The notes beneath the pieces are model-generated. The model was given only the letters and a program-made list of their open reading frames with translations. It had not been told where the DNA came from and did not search any database. The position numbers and the translations under genes are program-made. DNA of 63,992 nucleotides, filler included, from Conidiobolus incongruus B7586 (lineage: Eukaryota): assembly GCA_000697335.1 (NCBI GenBank). It is 6 parts of 6 records of this genome, joined end to end, with 100 filler letters (N's around TTAATTAATTAA, not from the genome) between each part and the next. Parts side by side here need not be neighbours in the genome. Positions count along the whole stretch, not along the records: positions 1 to 21,083 come from JNEM01006106.1; positions 21,184 to 37,961 come from JNEM01006107.1; 4 more parts are not named here. One strand, written 5' to 3'. Positions 11,949-24,596 of this stretch are shown here, piece by piece. Each line of letters opens with the position of its first letter. The first letter of the stretch is position 1.

Positions 11949-13241
11949 ATGGGTGTTTGGATTAAATCCAGTGTATTATTGTTATTAGTTCAGTTTTGTA
12001 GAGGTACTGTGACTGCTTATTCACCTCTCATTGATCGTCCAAAAGCCAGCCCAGCTCAAGAGCGTTACATTGTTCAATTTAAGGAAGATGCCAATATTAC
12101 TCACTTTTACGGTGAAGCCCTTCAGCGTATGCTCGATCCTTCTGCGACTGAAGTTATCACACATATTTATCAGACCGAAGGATTTAAAGGTTTCGCAGCC
12201 CATTTATCGTCCAAAACCGCTCTTTCTTTAGCTCAAAATAGTAATGTTGCACATATTGAACAAGATCAAATTTACACTATTGCTGCTACTTCTCAATCAT
12301 CTCCACCCAATTGGGGACTTGCAAGAATTTGCAACCGAGAGAGACCCAATGGCTTTTTTGATGTGAATTACAATTATGATAGTAAAGCTGGAGAAGGTGT
12401 CGATGTCTATGTCGTTGATACTGGTATCAATGTAGCACATCCCGAATTTCGAAATAGAGCTAGGATGATTGGTAATTTCATCCAAGACAGTCCCAATATC
12501 GATGAAAACGGCCATGGAACTCATGTTGCTGGAATTATCGGATCAACTAGTTTTGGTGTCGCTAAAAAGGCCAATTTGTTAGGCGTCAAAGTGTTAGATG
12601 CTGGAGGTAGCGGAAGTACTTCAGGCATTATTGCCGCACTGGACTTCATTGTTCAGGCGGTCTTAAAGCAAAAGGCCAATCCAGCAACTGCTAGACCAGC
12701 TGTCATTAATATGTCTCTCGGAGGAAGTCCATCCAGAGCTTTGGATAATGCTGTGTCATCAGCATTTAGAGCAAATATTCCAGTTATTGTCGCTGCTGGT
12801 AACGAAGCACAAGATGCATGTGGCGTATCTCCAGCTGGAGGTCCCCAAGCGTTCGCAGTAGGAAACTCTAACATTGATGATGTTCGTCATCGTTCAAGTA
12901 ATTATGGAAAATGTGTGAGATTATTTGCTCCAGGAACTAACATTCTATCCACATATAAAAATGATGTTGCCAAATTGACAGGAACAAGTATGGCATCCCC
13001 CCACGTTGCCGGCGTTGCAGCCCTTTTCCTTTCCAACAATCCCACAATGTCATCCGGTGAAGTTTACGATACTCTGATGAGCTCAGCTACTCCCGGACAG
13101 TTATCTAACATTGGACCCAATTCACCTAATTATTTACTGTATAATATCCCTAGAGGTTCCTCAGACTTTGTTGAATATTCTCCACGTCCTGAAGGCCAGT
13201 CGGTTGATACCACTCCTAGTTGGTTAAATGTTCCTCTATAA
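11949..13241 (+). CDS. Secreted subtilisin-like serine protease (S8A, proteinase K type) with I9 propeptide
   Basis: Hydrophobic signal peptide, YIVQFK propeptide, catalytic motifs VDTG, HGTHVAG and GTSMASPHVAG, oxyanion AAGN. Single exon. Confidence 0.96.
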   Translation: MGVWIKSSVLLLLVQFCRGTVTAYSPLIDRPKASPAQERYIVQFKEDANITHFYGEALQRMLDPSATEVITHIYQTEGFKGFAAHLSSKTALSLAQNSNVAHIEQDQIYTIAATSQSSPPNWGLARICNRERPNGFFDVNYNYDSKAGEGVDVYVVDTGINVAHPEFRNRARMIGNFIQDSPNIDENGHGTHVAGIIGSTSFGVAKKANLLGVKVLDAGGSGSTSGIIAALDFIVQAVLKQKANPATARPAVINMSLGGSPSRALDNAVSSAFRANIPVIVAAGNEAQDACGVSPAGGPQAFAVGNSNIDDVRHRSSNYGKCVRLFAPGTNILSTYKNDVAKLTGTSMASPHVAGVAALFLSNNPTMSSGEVYDTLMSSATPGQLSNIGPNSPNYLLYNIPRGSSDFVEYSPRPEGQSVDTTPSWLNVPL

Positions 13242-13755
13242 TCATTTTAAATATTTGTGTTTTTTATCTTCATTTAAGTTAGATGAATTATTGTTGATAA
13301 TTCATTTTTTACATTTATGAATTTAATGGTTCAAGCATTAATTAAATCTTACTTTAAATTTTTCATTTATCAGAATTATAATATTCTGATCTCATATTAT
13401 CGAATCCTTATTTACAACTTAACTATTTCTTTAATTATATAATAGAAAGAATACTGTTCAAAAAAGCTAATATTTTATCTTGAACGAACAACAAAGTGAC
13501 AATTATTTAAAATCAAATAATGTTTCAATATGAAATTTTCGATTAAATTCTATCAATCGATTTTGGTAAATTTGTAGTAAATATGTTTTTTACAATTGAA
13601 AATTCACTTAATGATTTAAAATATGATTTATAGTTTGATAGCCATATTTAAAAATATCAAGTATTGAAATATTTTCATTAGATTTATTATATAACAAGTA
13701 TATACATTCAAAATACTAGGATATAATCACATATCTTTTTTCACATGCATAGAGA

Positions 13756-14070
13756 TCATTTGGCTATATCCAGATTAGTCTGACCTTTTTCAATTTCACC
13801 TTCTCCTTGACTTTGTAAAGATTCACTATTGACTAAACTACCCAAACCTTGTTTTAAGCTACCCTTAACACTATGATAAATGCCCAGTCCCCTATTGATA
13901 CTAGGATTAGTCGAATGTTTTCCTTCATCAGTTTGAAAATGAACTGTTTTATCATTTTGAATTCGTTCTAAATGATCTTCAGTAGTAGCACTTTGGTGAT
14001 CATTTGATGAATTCTTTTTTGGTGAGGATGAATTGGTTAATTTGGAAGGATTATTATTAAAATTTGACAT
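13756..14070 (-). CDS. Small hydrophilic CsbD-like stress protein (~104 aa)
   Basis: Likely start AAAATG at 14070 (MSNFNNN). C-terminal GIYHSVKGSLKQGLGSLVNSESLQSQGEGE resembles CsbD-like repeats. Confidence 0.6.
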   Translation of the reverse strand: MSNFNNNPSKLTNSSSPKKNSSNDHQSATTEDHLERIQNDKTVHFQTDEGKHSTNPSINRGLGIYHSVKGSLKQGLGSLVNSESLQSQGEGEIEKGQTNLDIAK

Positions 14071-15403
14071 TTTTATCTTTGAAAATAACAGAAGTGTTCC
14101 ATTCATTTGAGACTGAAATCTACTTAAATACACTTGAAATGAATTGGAATGACCTAGAATTGGATCATTATGATATCATTACAAAATTTAATAACTAGTC
14201 ACTCTTTATTTTTTAAACTATTTTTTTCTAAGAGTATCAACAATTATCAAAGGTTTGTTAATTTATCAAAAAAAATTATGTATATTAAAATGAATTGGCA
14301 TTGTTCTAAATTAATTTGTTTTGTATACTTTAAAGTAAATATATTCAAATGAATTTATAAATTGAGTTTCTGGTGATTTTATGTAAAATTGTTAAATATT
14401 TTACATATATAGTTTTATATCGTTTATTAAATCCACCAATTGTCGAATGTTTTCTGAAAATCGTTAAAGAAAGATTCAAAAGTATACACTTATAACTTCA
14501 AAAATTAAACAATGTTTGAATGCTAAAGAAATCTCAATTTGTTTAATCAACATAATGAAATTTGCTGGCTTATAATTGGATTAATGCAATTAGTTTTTCA
14601 AAAGAGCGGCTCAGCGGTATTAATTTGTTTTTTATATTGAATTAATTAAATATATTTGGATAATGGTACTCTTGAAACAATATAGGAGGTTAAGTAGAGC
14701 AGAATTTCCAATAGTAGTGATAGTAATTAGTACTAGGATTATGCTTAAGTCAACCCTTGTTGCTAATTAATCCAGTTAATCAATTATTGTAATAGATTAG
14801 CAATAATAAATTAGAATATTTCTTTAAGACATTCAAGCAGCCAGTACTATTGTTCGGTTAATTACTGTATAAGGAAGGAAACCAATCACAGGCATTGCGT
14901 AAAGTCAGTTGATTAATGTATTTGGAAATTCTTCCAATCTCTTGAATCCTTAATTATAAGATCATTGGGAAATTAACTATTTGAGTTGTTTGTATTATTA
15001 AAATTGTATAATATTGAATAAGATTCACCGTTTTAACAAAATATCTTCCAATCTAATTATTTTAATTTGGTCAGTTCGATAGTTTTTTAATTTATTCTAC
15101 ATTATTGTATCAATTCTGATATTATATTTCATTATACTATTTCAAGTCAACTTGGGTTAAATAGCTATTATTCACTATACACATTAATACACCTTTTTCT
15201 CAGTTATTAACCCAGTACTCCAGCTCTTGTTGCTCTAATTTCATTTAATGAATCGAGTTTCATATATCCAATCATCTCCGACAGAACCTCAATTACTAAA
15301 ACCGATTCCTACACACTCAACTTTAACTGCAACAGAACAATTTTCAAATTCTAGCGACTCTAAACAACCTATTGGCCGAATGATTTCATCCTATTTTGCC
15401 CGA

Positions 15404-16920
15404 ATGGGAATTTGTTTAAGCTCAGAAGAAAAAGAATTAAAAGAAAGAAGTACTCAAATTGACCGCCTTATTGAAGAAGATTCTAGGCGGCTGAGTAAAG
15501 AATGCAAAATACTATTATTAGGTATATACAATATTGATATATACCAATATTATCCTCATACTGACCTCAAATATGTTATAGGCAGTGGAGAGAGTGGCAA
15601 GTCCACTATTGTCAAACAAATGAAAATCATTCATCAAAATGGCTACAGTCCAGAAGAATTACATCTATTTCGTCCAATTATTTACAAAAATATATTAGAC
15701 TGTGTCAAAGACTTGGTATTAGGTTTTAAAACTTTAAATATGAAACCTGATAATCCTGCTTGCCAAGTAATTTTTATATTTTTTGGAATAATAATTAAAA
15801 ATTTTTACTTATGTTTTTTATTAATAGGAATTTATACTTAATTATCCTCAATATTTAACCGACTTTGCATTTTCTGGAAACTTTTCACCAGAGTTCGTTA
15901 ATGGTGTTAATGAACTTTACCAAAATCAAAAAACTCAAGAAGTTTTAGATTGTACTAGTGAATTCTATATTCTTGATTCTTGTCATTAGTAATTACTGTA
16001 ATTATTTAGTTTTATTAATACAAAACTAACTATCATTTTATTAGTTTTTTTGAAAATATTTTGAGAATTGGTGACCCAAATTATATCCCAACCGTCGCTG
16101 ATGTTCTAAGAGCTCGTGCTAAAACCACCGGTATCATAGAAACCCGATTTACAATGGGTCAAATGCATATTCAGTAAGATTCATATAGTTTTACAAATAT
16201 TTTTAATTTGTTATTTACGATATTTTTAAGTATGTTTGACGTCGGAGGCCAGAGATCTGAAAGGAAAAAATGGATCCATTGCTTTGAAGCTGTTACTTCT
16301 ATTATATTTTGTGTAGCTCTCAGTGAATATGACCAAGTCCTTTTAGAAGAAAAAGGCCAAGTAAATTTTCAGTATTTTTTCATTAATTAACATTGAATAT
16401 TTATAATATCAACTAGAATCGTCTAATGGAAAGCCTGGTGCTTTTTGAATCCATTACCAATAGCCGATGGTTTTTGAGAACTTCGATTATTCTATTTTTG
16501 AACAAGACAGATTTATTCCGCAAAAAGATTCCCAAGTCCCCCTTAGAGAAATACTTTACAGATTATTCAGGTAATCCTTGATATAACTAAGCATTTGAGA
16601 TCAATATTAATTTTTTCATGATTTGTAGGTGGATCAGACCCTAATAAAGCTGCTAAATACATCCTATGGAGATTCACCCAAACCAATCGTGCCAAGTTGG
16701 TCATATATCCTCAGTAAGCATAATAAATTTTTATTATGTAATCGTTTTATTAATACAATTATTAGTTTGACACAAGCCACAGATACATCTAATGTAAGTT
16801 TAACAGACCAATTTATACTTAATTTTCCATTAACATAAGGTCATTTAGATTCGATTGGTTTTTGCAGCTGTCAAAGAAACTATCCTTCAGAATGCTTTAA
16901 AAGATAGCGGAATTCTATGA
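15404..16920 (+). CDS. Heterotrimeric G-protein alpha subunit, fungal group III (Gpa2/GNA-3 type), multi-exon
   Basis: MGICLS lipidation N-terminus, [62 protein letters not shown] on a ~28-nt micro-exon, and C-terminal [11 protein letters not shown]. Confidence 0.95.
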
Positions 16921-19900
16921 TCTCTACCTAACATTAATTAATTTAGAATTTTCAATATCTTTAAAGTTTTACTAATGGAATCATTTTACTAAGCACCGGT
17001 TTGCTAAAGTGTACATAATATCCTGTACTCTACCAACATTCTTTTATCCTCCGATCTTTTTAATCTTCATCTCCCAAGTTCCTTTGATCCGCCGATATCT
17101 ATTCAACCAATGGATATTATGTAACTACATTCTCCAATCATCCATCATTTTATCATATTTCATCTATCTAGTTATACCACTCTGCTGGTATTCCTAACTT
17201 CGACTTATACAAACTTCATCTATTACATTAATATTAATTCCAAAATAACATTCAAAATTATAAAATAATATAATATGCATAAAAATAATATTTTAACTAT
17301 ATTTTTTAATGTTTATTTTTATTTATTTTAATAGATAACAATTATTATTATATTGTGACTGCTAACTTAATAGTGATATTGGAAATTGGATACCATATTA
17401 AACTATAGTTTATTGACTAGTATAGTTATTTTAATGAACATTTCATTTCTTGTTCAAAAATTACTGTAAAATTGTTTTCGATTAATGATGTAAGGGGTAT
17501 GGGGGAGGTTTTAATGATTGGATAAATACATAATCAATCAAATATTCAAGTGGAGAAAACAATTCATTTTTTGAAATTATTTCTAACTTGATTCATTTTT
17601 CTGATCTTTGATAATTGTCATAATATGTTAAATAATTGAATTAAATTAGAAATTGGACTATTGGTTACAAAAGTGGCAATTTTTGTATATTAAATTTATA
17701 ATTTAGTTAACTATTTTATATTAAAATTGATTATACAAGTTTATATTTAATACTAATATAGCTAGCCATTATTAATGTGAATTAAATGTTAAAGAAAATT
17801 CTATTAATGATTAAGAGTTTGTTGAATATAATAGTTTCCAAAAATTCTTCTAATTTTAATGATTTACAGAAATTTCTTTCTGATAAAAATTTAACTAAAT
17901 ACACTTCAATTGATTGTATATTAAATCATGTAAAATATAAATTTATATTGTTTGAGTTAATTATTCAATATGTTGTATAATATTAATTAATTTTCAGAAA
18001 TAATCAATATAATATTTGAGTAATTTTTTTATTGAAATAGAAATTTTAATAGTATATTAAACCTTGTTAATGAATACATATTATAATTTGTAAAATTTGA
18101 TATATTAAATAATAAGCATTTTCCAAAAGTTGAGATCATTTTATCAACAATATTCGATAGATATTAACTCATAAATAAATAATTTTTAATTCCACACTTA
18201 TAAAAATGAATTAAATTGATATATTATATTGTTTAACAGTTAAAATGATATAAAATCAACAATGAATGATATGTTTAATAGGGCAATTTATTTATATTGG
18301 TAAAATGCTTTTACTGAGATGATATTTATTATTAATACATTTGATAAATTATGCTAGTAAATATCGAAAATGTTATTAAATTTTGAATGATTGTATTCAT
18401 TTAAATTTTAAATATTACTGAATTGAACAATTTAAGTGATCTTCAAAACATATAGTATACAATTAAGCATGAATTTTGAAAAGGTGCTGTTATACTACGA
18501 AATATCCTTAAACTACTTTTAACAGTTGATTATGACGATAGGATACAACCAATGTTATAAATGAGTTAGTTTTGAATATCCAATCAAAATAACTATTACA
18601 TACTCTGAAAAACAAGAATAGTTATTAAACAAATACCCAAAAAATGCTTGCATCATTATCTTTCCAAAGAACAGTCCACTAGATGAGTTAAGACAAGATG
18701 AAATTAATATCGAGTTATAAATTAATTTAATTATTTTGAGCAATTACTGTGACAAAGATTTACTGCATCTCAGGGCTAAGTAGGCGCAAACTCTAGAAAT
18801 AATGAATGCAGGATATCATAACATGATTTCTGCATAGCTGATACTAATGACAATAAGGTTAGTGAAATAATTTATGTAGCTTGTATTGCAAAATTACCAT
18901 TGATTAGAGAAAAATCAATCTAATTCAATAATTCCTCATTGATTATTTTGTCCTAAAATGAATCAAATATTAAAATTTAAATATCATTGATGTTATAATA
19001 TTGAAAAATTATCACTATTATGTTCTTCATCGACGAGTAATACTTTAGTTGCCTATTCTCGAATTTATTGATGAGGGTACTTAATTTTGATATCAAAATT
19101 TAGTCTCAAAAATATTAATTCGGTCTCAAAGAGAGAATCTCTCATTGTATAAAAGGTCTATCAGTCATATAATTATCATTGATGTTGGAATCAAGTAAAG
19201 TATATAATATTACATCTCGCAACTTAAAATACTCTGAATTTGGATGTAAGGCACTAAAAGGTTAAAATATAATGAAACAATATTAGAATTACATAAATAA
19301 TCATAAACTACATTAACAGTATCTCCAGTTTCTCGATTAATATTATTAATTCTACACGTTAAATAGGTCACTGCAGGAATGGCTAACTAAACACGATTAA
19401 GGATATAAAATTTTCTATAATTCTAATTAAAATACAATTTCATAAGAATCCAAATATTTTTCAATAAATTCGTCTTTTTGAGATATAAAACGATAGTATA
19501 ATACTGAGGTATTAAAACATGCAATAAAGGGACTAAAACACTAGTGTAGTAAAAAGTTAAAAATCAAAATTAATGTGATTTTTACTTTATTACATTGTTG
19601 TAGCAACTAATGGTGAAATTTAAACCGTATCAATATAAGTTGTAAAATTTGATTTATAATCTTTTTTGTGATTGAATAATTATAAATTATTTTTAAATTT
19701 AATTCTTTTCATATAACTCTGTATTTTGAAAATATCATATAAAATTTAATTTCTTATTATGAGATTGTAATTGTGTCAATACTTCGTTGATCTTGGATTT
19801 TTTATAATAATAATAATCAACTATATATCTTTACTATTGTTCATATTCTATTTTTATATTAATATGATATAATATATAATTTTGGTACTATATTTTGTTC

Positions 19901-20199
19901 AAAATAATTATTTGATGTTTTTAAATATACCAAATGTATTTTTAAAAATTTGATATATTTTTGATCTTAATAAGTTAATAATTTATTTTCAACATAGCCA
20001 TTGTGTTAAAAACTAATGATATCTAAGTATATTTATATTTTAATTTTGATTTAAATAATCTAATATATATTAATATTCAGATTTAAAAAATTAATATCAA
20101 TATTTTAGATTTGAAAATTAGGAAATAATTTAATTTCTGATTTTTCAAATAAATTATTAATTTGAAATAAATAAAAATTTACAAAGTTAATAGGATATT

Positions 20200-21083
20200 A
20201 TATATATATATATAATAATTTTTTTAATTAAAAAATTAACTTTTTAAAATTGGTTGTTTAAATTAATTATACTTAAACTAAATAATAATCATCAAAAGTC
20301 TTTTACTTTAATATTAGTAAAACTTAACTATATGTTTTTTAAAATTATTTAAAATTTACAAGCAACTTTTAATAATAAAGCATTATATAAATTAACAATT
20401 TATTGTTAGGTAAATTACTTTAAAGATAAGAGAAAAACTATCTAAAACCTGTTAAAATTTAAAAAACTAATTTTAACTATTATTTTTTTAATTATTAATA
20501 AAATGAAAAAATATATTGAAAAGTATCTTTTTATTTCAGCTAAAGAATTATCTAAGCACTTTAATATTAGCTTTATAAGTATTTTATATATATTAAAGTT
20601 TAAACTCAAATTAATAAATAAAAATATAAAATAGATACCTTATAATTTAATTAAAACTTAAAAAAAGCTAGAGTAAATATTATTAAACAAAACTTACTAA
20701 AATATTATTAAAAGCTTAAACTTTTACAGCAAATAATTATAATTAATTAATCTTAAATCTTTATATATAATCTTTTATTAAAACATAAATCAAAATGTTA
20801 GTTTATGTTAAATTAACCCTCTATATAAACTTTTTTAAATAAATATTTTATTAATAAGTAAATATTAATTATTATAATAAATTATAATAATATATGCTAT
20901 TGGTATTTAATTTATAAAAGAAAATCAATTAATAATTAACTTTATATTGTTTTTTTAAATAAAAGTATTTTTAATTAGTGTTTTTAATATAATTTGAAAA
21001 AACCTATTATTTTATATAATAATTATAAAATACATAAATCTAAAGTTATAAAAAACTTTCTAATTAAAAATAACTAGAAAAAA
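20200..21083 (+). mobile_element. Mariner-family transposase relic, hypermutated, cut by a contig spacer
   Basis: Reads K*IPYNL..T*K.ARVNI (WVPHEL motif), QIIIIN*S*IFIYN (first catalytic D region) and ILYNNYKIHKSK (HDNARPH-like). The departures from consensus are largely explained by C>T/G>A changes. Confidence 0.72.
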
Positions 21084-21183
21084 NNNNNNNNNNNNNNNNN
21101 NNNNNNNNNNNNNNNNNNNNNNNNNNNTTAATTAATTAANNNNNNNNNNNNNNNNNNNNNNNNNNNNNNNNNNNNNNNNNNNN
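21084..21183. other. Artificial contig-joining spacer
   Basis: 44 N + TTAATTAATTAA (stops in all six frames) + 44 N. The identical structure occurs five times. Confidence 0.97.
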
Positions 21184-24100
21184 TTATAAATTATTTAATT
21201 TTATTTAATAATTTTATAATTAAATAAATCTATGTTATATGTATATATATTTAATCATTATCGAATTTTTGAAAAATTTAGTTAAAATAGTATTTTTATT
21301 AAATTTTGATATATAGTCTACTATTTGATTATATATAGAACCAAATCTAGATTATCATACTCTATATAATTAAAACTTAGTAATATTGTCTTGCAAAATC
21401 AAAAAATATAGAAATTTTAATGGTCTAAATGAAAATAATTCAATAAGATAGTATATAGTTTGATATAGTGTAAATAATAGTGGTAATGAAATGAATTATT
21501 ATATCATCTTTATTAATAATAAAAACAAATATTTGTAATAAAATCATTTATTCAAATTTGTATTGATAATTTCGATTAAATCTTGACATTTTCATAGCTA
21601 TGAATATTAGTATATTTATTACATATATCGTTTTAAATTCATAATATTATTAGAAAAGTAATTATTTCTAGGAAAAATAGTTCAATTAGTTGCAAAATAA
21701 TTTCAAAATTTTGAGAATTAAAATACATCTTGATGAATTATACTTTAAGAAAGGATCACTATATTATGGTCCAATAATATATTAAAATATTAATTTAATT
21801 TTTGGAATATAAATCAAAAATATTAATTATTCACAAAATTAACAAAATCCAGAGCACTTGTTATGATTTGAGAAATCCATAAATATTGAAAAAGATAAAT
21901 ATATTCATCATAAGTAAATTGATATTTTATATTGTTTTTTAAGCCTTTATTGGGTAATAAAATTTATAATTTTACATTTGGACAATAATGATATATATAT
22001 ATATATATGTTGAAGACAAAACCAAAAATGTTAACAAATCAGATTCATAATACAAAACTTGCGAAATTAGGATCATTTTATAGTTCTAATCTGAAATATT
22101 TAGGTTTTTAATGATAAAAAACAAAATACTTGTTAACCTGTCAATTTTGTAGATTTTAAAATGGATATAAGAATCAATTAAAATTTGAATGCATTTCCCC
22201 TCAATTTTCAAAATAACTTGCATATAACAGCATACTCATTTCAAAATAATTAACCTTAAAAATATTGTAATAAATGCTTTAATTATGATAGAAATAGTTG
22301 CATATATTACAACTTAATAAATTAAATAATATGATTTGAGAATTAGAATATTGAAATATGCCCTAAAAATTAATACCTTTAAAAAGCGCTCCCTATAAAA
22401 TACATACACACCACAATGATTGAATGAAATCATTTAATAACAACGAATATGATCAAATGCTTAATAATATAATATATAGAAATTATATTTACCAAACAAT
22501 ATTTCCAATATTGATTGTTAATATTGAATGTTATGTTACTTTGCCAATTTACTTAAATGTGAAAATGATATTGATTAATTTTCATGTAATTATGTTTATT
22601 TTTATTTGAGTATTTGTTTTTTTGTAATAGAAACATATTTTTTATGCAATCAATAACTACTAAAAATTTATTCCAGATTTCTTGTTTAATCTAATTTAAA
22701 AATAACATTTCAATATGATTAAATAAAATCACTACAATTATCAAAATAACATTCTATATGAATCAATAATAACATCTTTAACTTATACTAATTTATATAT
22801 AAAGCACAATGTTGTATAAAATTCTTAGAATTTTATATCAAGTAAAAAAATTAAATAAATCCAACTCAATTAACTCCTTTAACTAAGCCAACTCTTGTGG
22901 AATGGATGAAGTAGCATTTGATTGAACAATTTCCTTTGCTCTGAACACTGTACACATCTAAATTAATTCCGATATTAATAATTTTTGAGGGTTTGAGAAT
23001 ATGGTTTCCTGTATTCTATAATTTGATAGTGAAAAATAAAATGTTTTTAAATATTAGGTTTACCTATAAACTGTAAGCATATTCATATTTGCTTTTTGAT
23101 ATTAACCCAAAACATATTCCTTACTGTTATGAAACCTAAAAAATTTACCTGGATCCTTAAAACCCTCATATTCTATTCATTCGAAAATTGGCCAAAAAGA
23201 TTTTCACATGCTTACAAGTAGATAACAATAAATTCCCTCAGCACAAAAATATTCCATATTCATTAATATAGATAACAATATCAACTAGTACGAATGGTCT
23301 TATGACGAACGCCAACAGTTTATGATCCAGAAAATTTGGATGAATTTGATCAAGTTTCAACCTATCCTTGGGGTATTGGTGTATTTATTTTGTAAATTCT
23401 TTAATCTATAGAGCTTATTAAGAGAATTAACAGCTTGATTAGTTTTTAAAGAGGTTTTAATTTCATGACAGTATTTAACCTTTAGGAAATAGGTTTCAAG
23501 TTAATAGTTATTAAAATTTACCAATTTGCGAACTATCTATATTAAAATCAGTTAGAAAAAATTCCAATTGAAGTAAATTTTTAAGATTACATGTAATACT
23601 ATTTTTAGTCGATTACTTTCTTAATTAAGTAATAACGTCACAAAATTTATCATCAACTGCGTACATTTGGTAATAATTAAAGACTAATTTGTTTAATTTT
23701 TGTGTTAATATGCAATTTGGTTATCAAGAAATAGTGCACAATTGTAGTTTATGGAATCTGCAAAGCGTTTATGCTCAAAAATCTTTTTTAGTTATTCTTT
23801 GTAAAGTTGAAATAAATTATTTTACCTAATCAACTTATGAGATTTCATTAAATCCAATTTAAGTAAATTATTTACTAAGTTAAAATACTTTGTAATATTT
23901 TCAAAATAAACAATAGAAGGGAATGAAAATTGGAATATTCATAAGTTTTCAATCTCAGATAGAGTTACTGAAAATAACTATTCAGGAGGAATGGGAGAAA
24001 GGGGTGGTAGGGAGGATTTCTTTTATCCAATTAAAGGGGAGGATTTTTCAAAACATTGTCAAAGTAGTAATTCGCTAGGGTTTCATTTGGTCCTGTTTGG

Positions 24101-24596
24101 CTTAGCTTCGATTTGGTAATAATAACAACATTAGAAAAGTGCATAATTTCGAATTAATATGTATATAATATGTAATTTGAGGTGGTAAGATTTAAAGTCA
24201 AATAATCATCTTTGCATAATTGGCTGAGGGAAGAGTTTGGTTGAATGTTTATGCATTGGATAGCATTGTGTGAGTTATGAATTTTATTCAAGTTTGTAAA
24301 TGATTAGAGTGAAATGGTGTTCAATTAGTTTTCTCATGTTTGAACTTATTAAATTTACTTTAAAAATCATAATCAAAACATAAATATTTTCATCTTTATT
24401 ACTTTAATCATTTTTATTCAATTGTTGATATAATTATATTGTAATATAATTTATTAATTTTAATACTTTGTCAAATTATAATTAGAATTTGATTTTTATT
24501 CGCTTTATTCAACAGAGGGATTCTTATTCAAGTCCCAAACTTTCTCTCTATCACTTCAATTTATATTATCAATAAACTGAATACTTGTTATTACAT

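Noticed and set aside
23985..24045. G-rich tract as a possible G-quadruplex upstream of the MIT gene
   Set aside because: Only three close G3+ runs, with the fourth separated by a long loop; most likely an ordinary purine-rich promoter tract.
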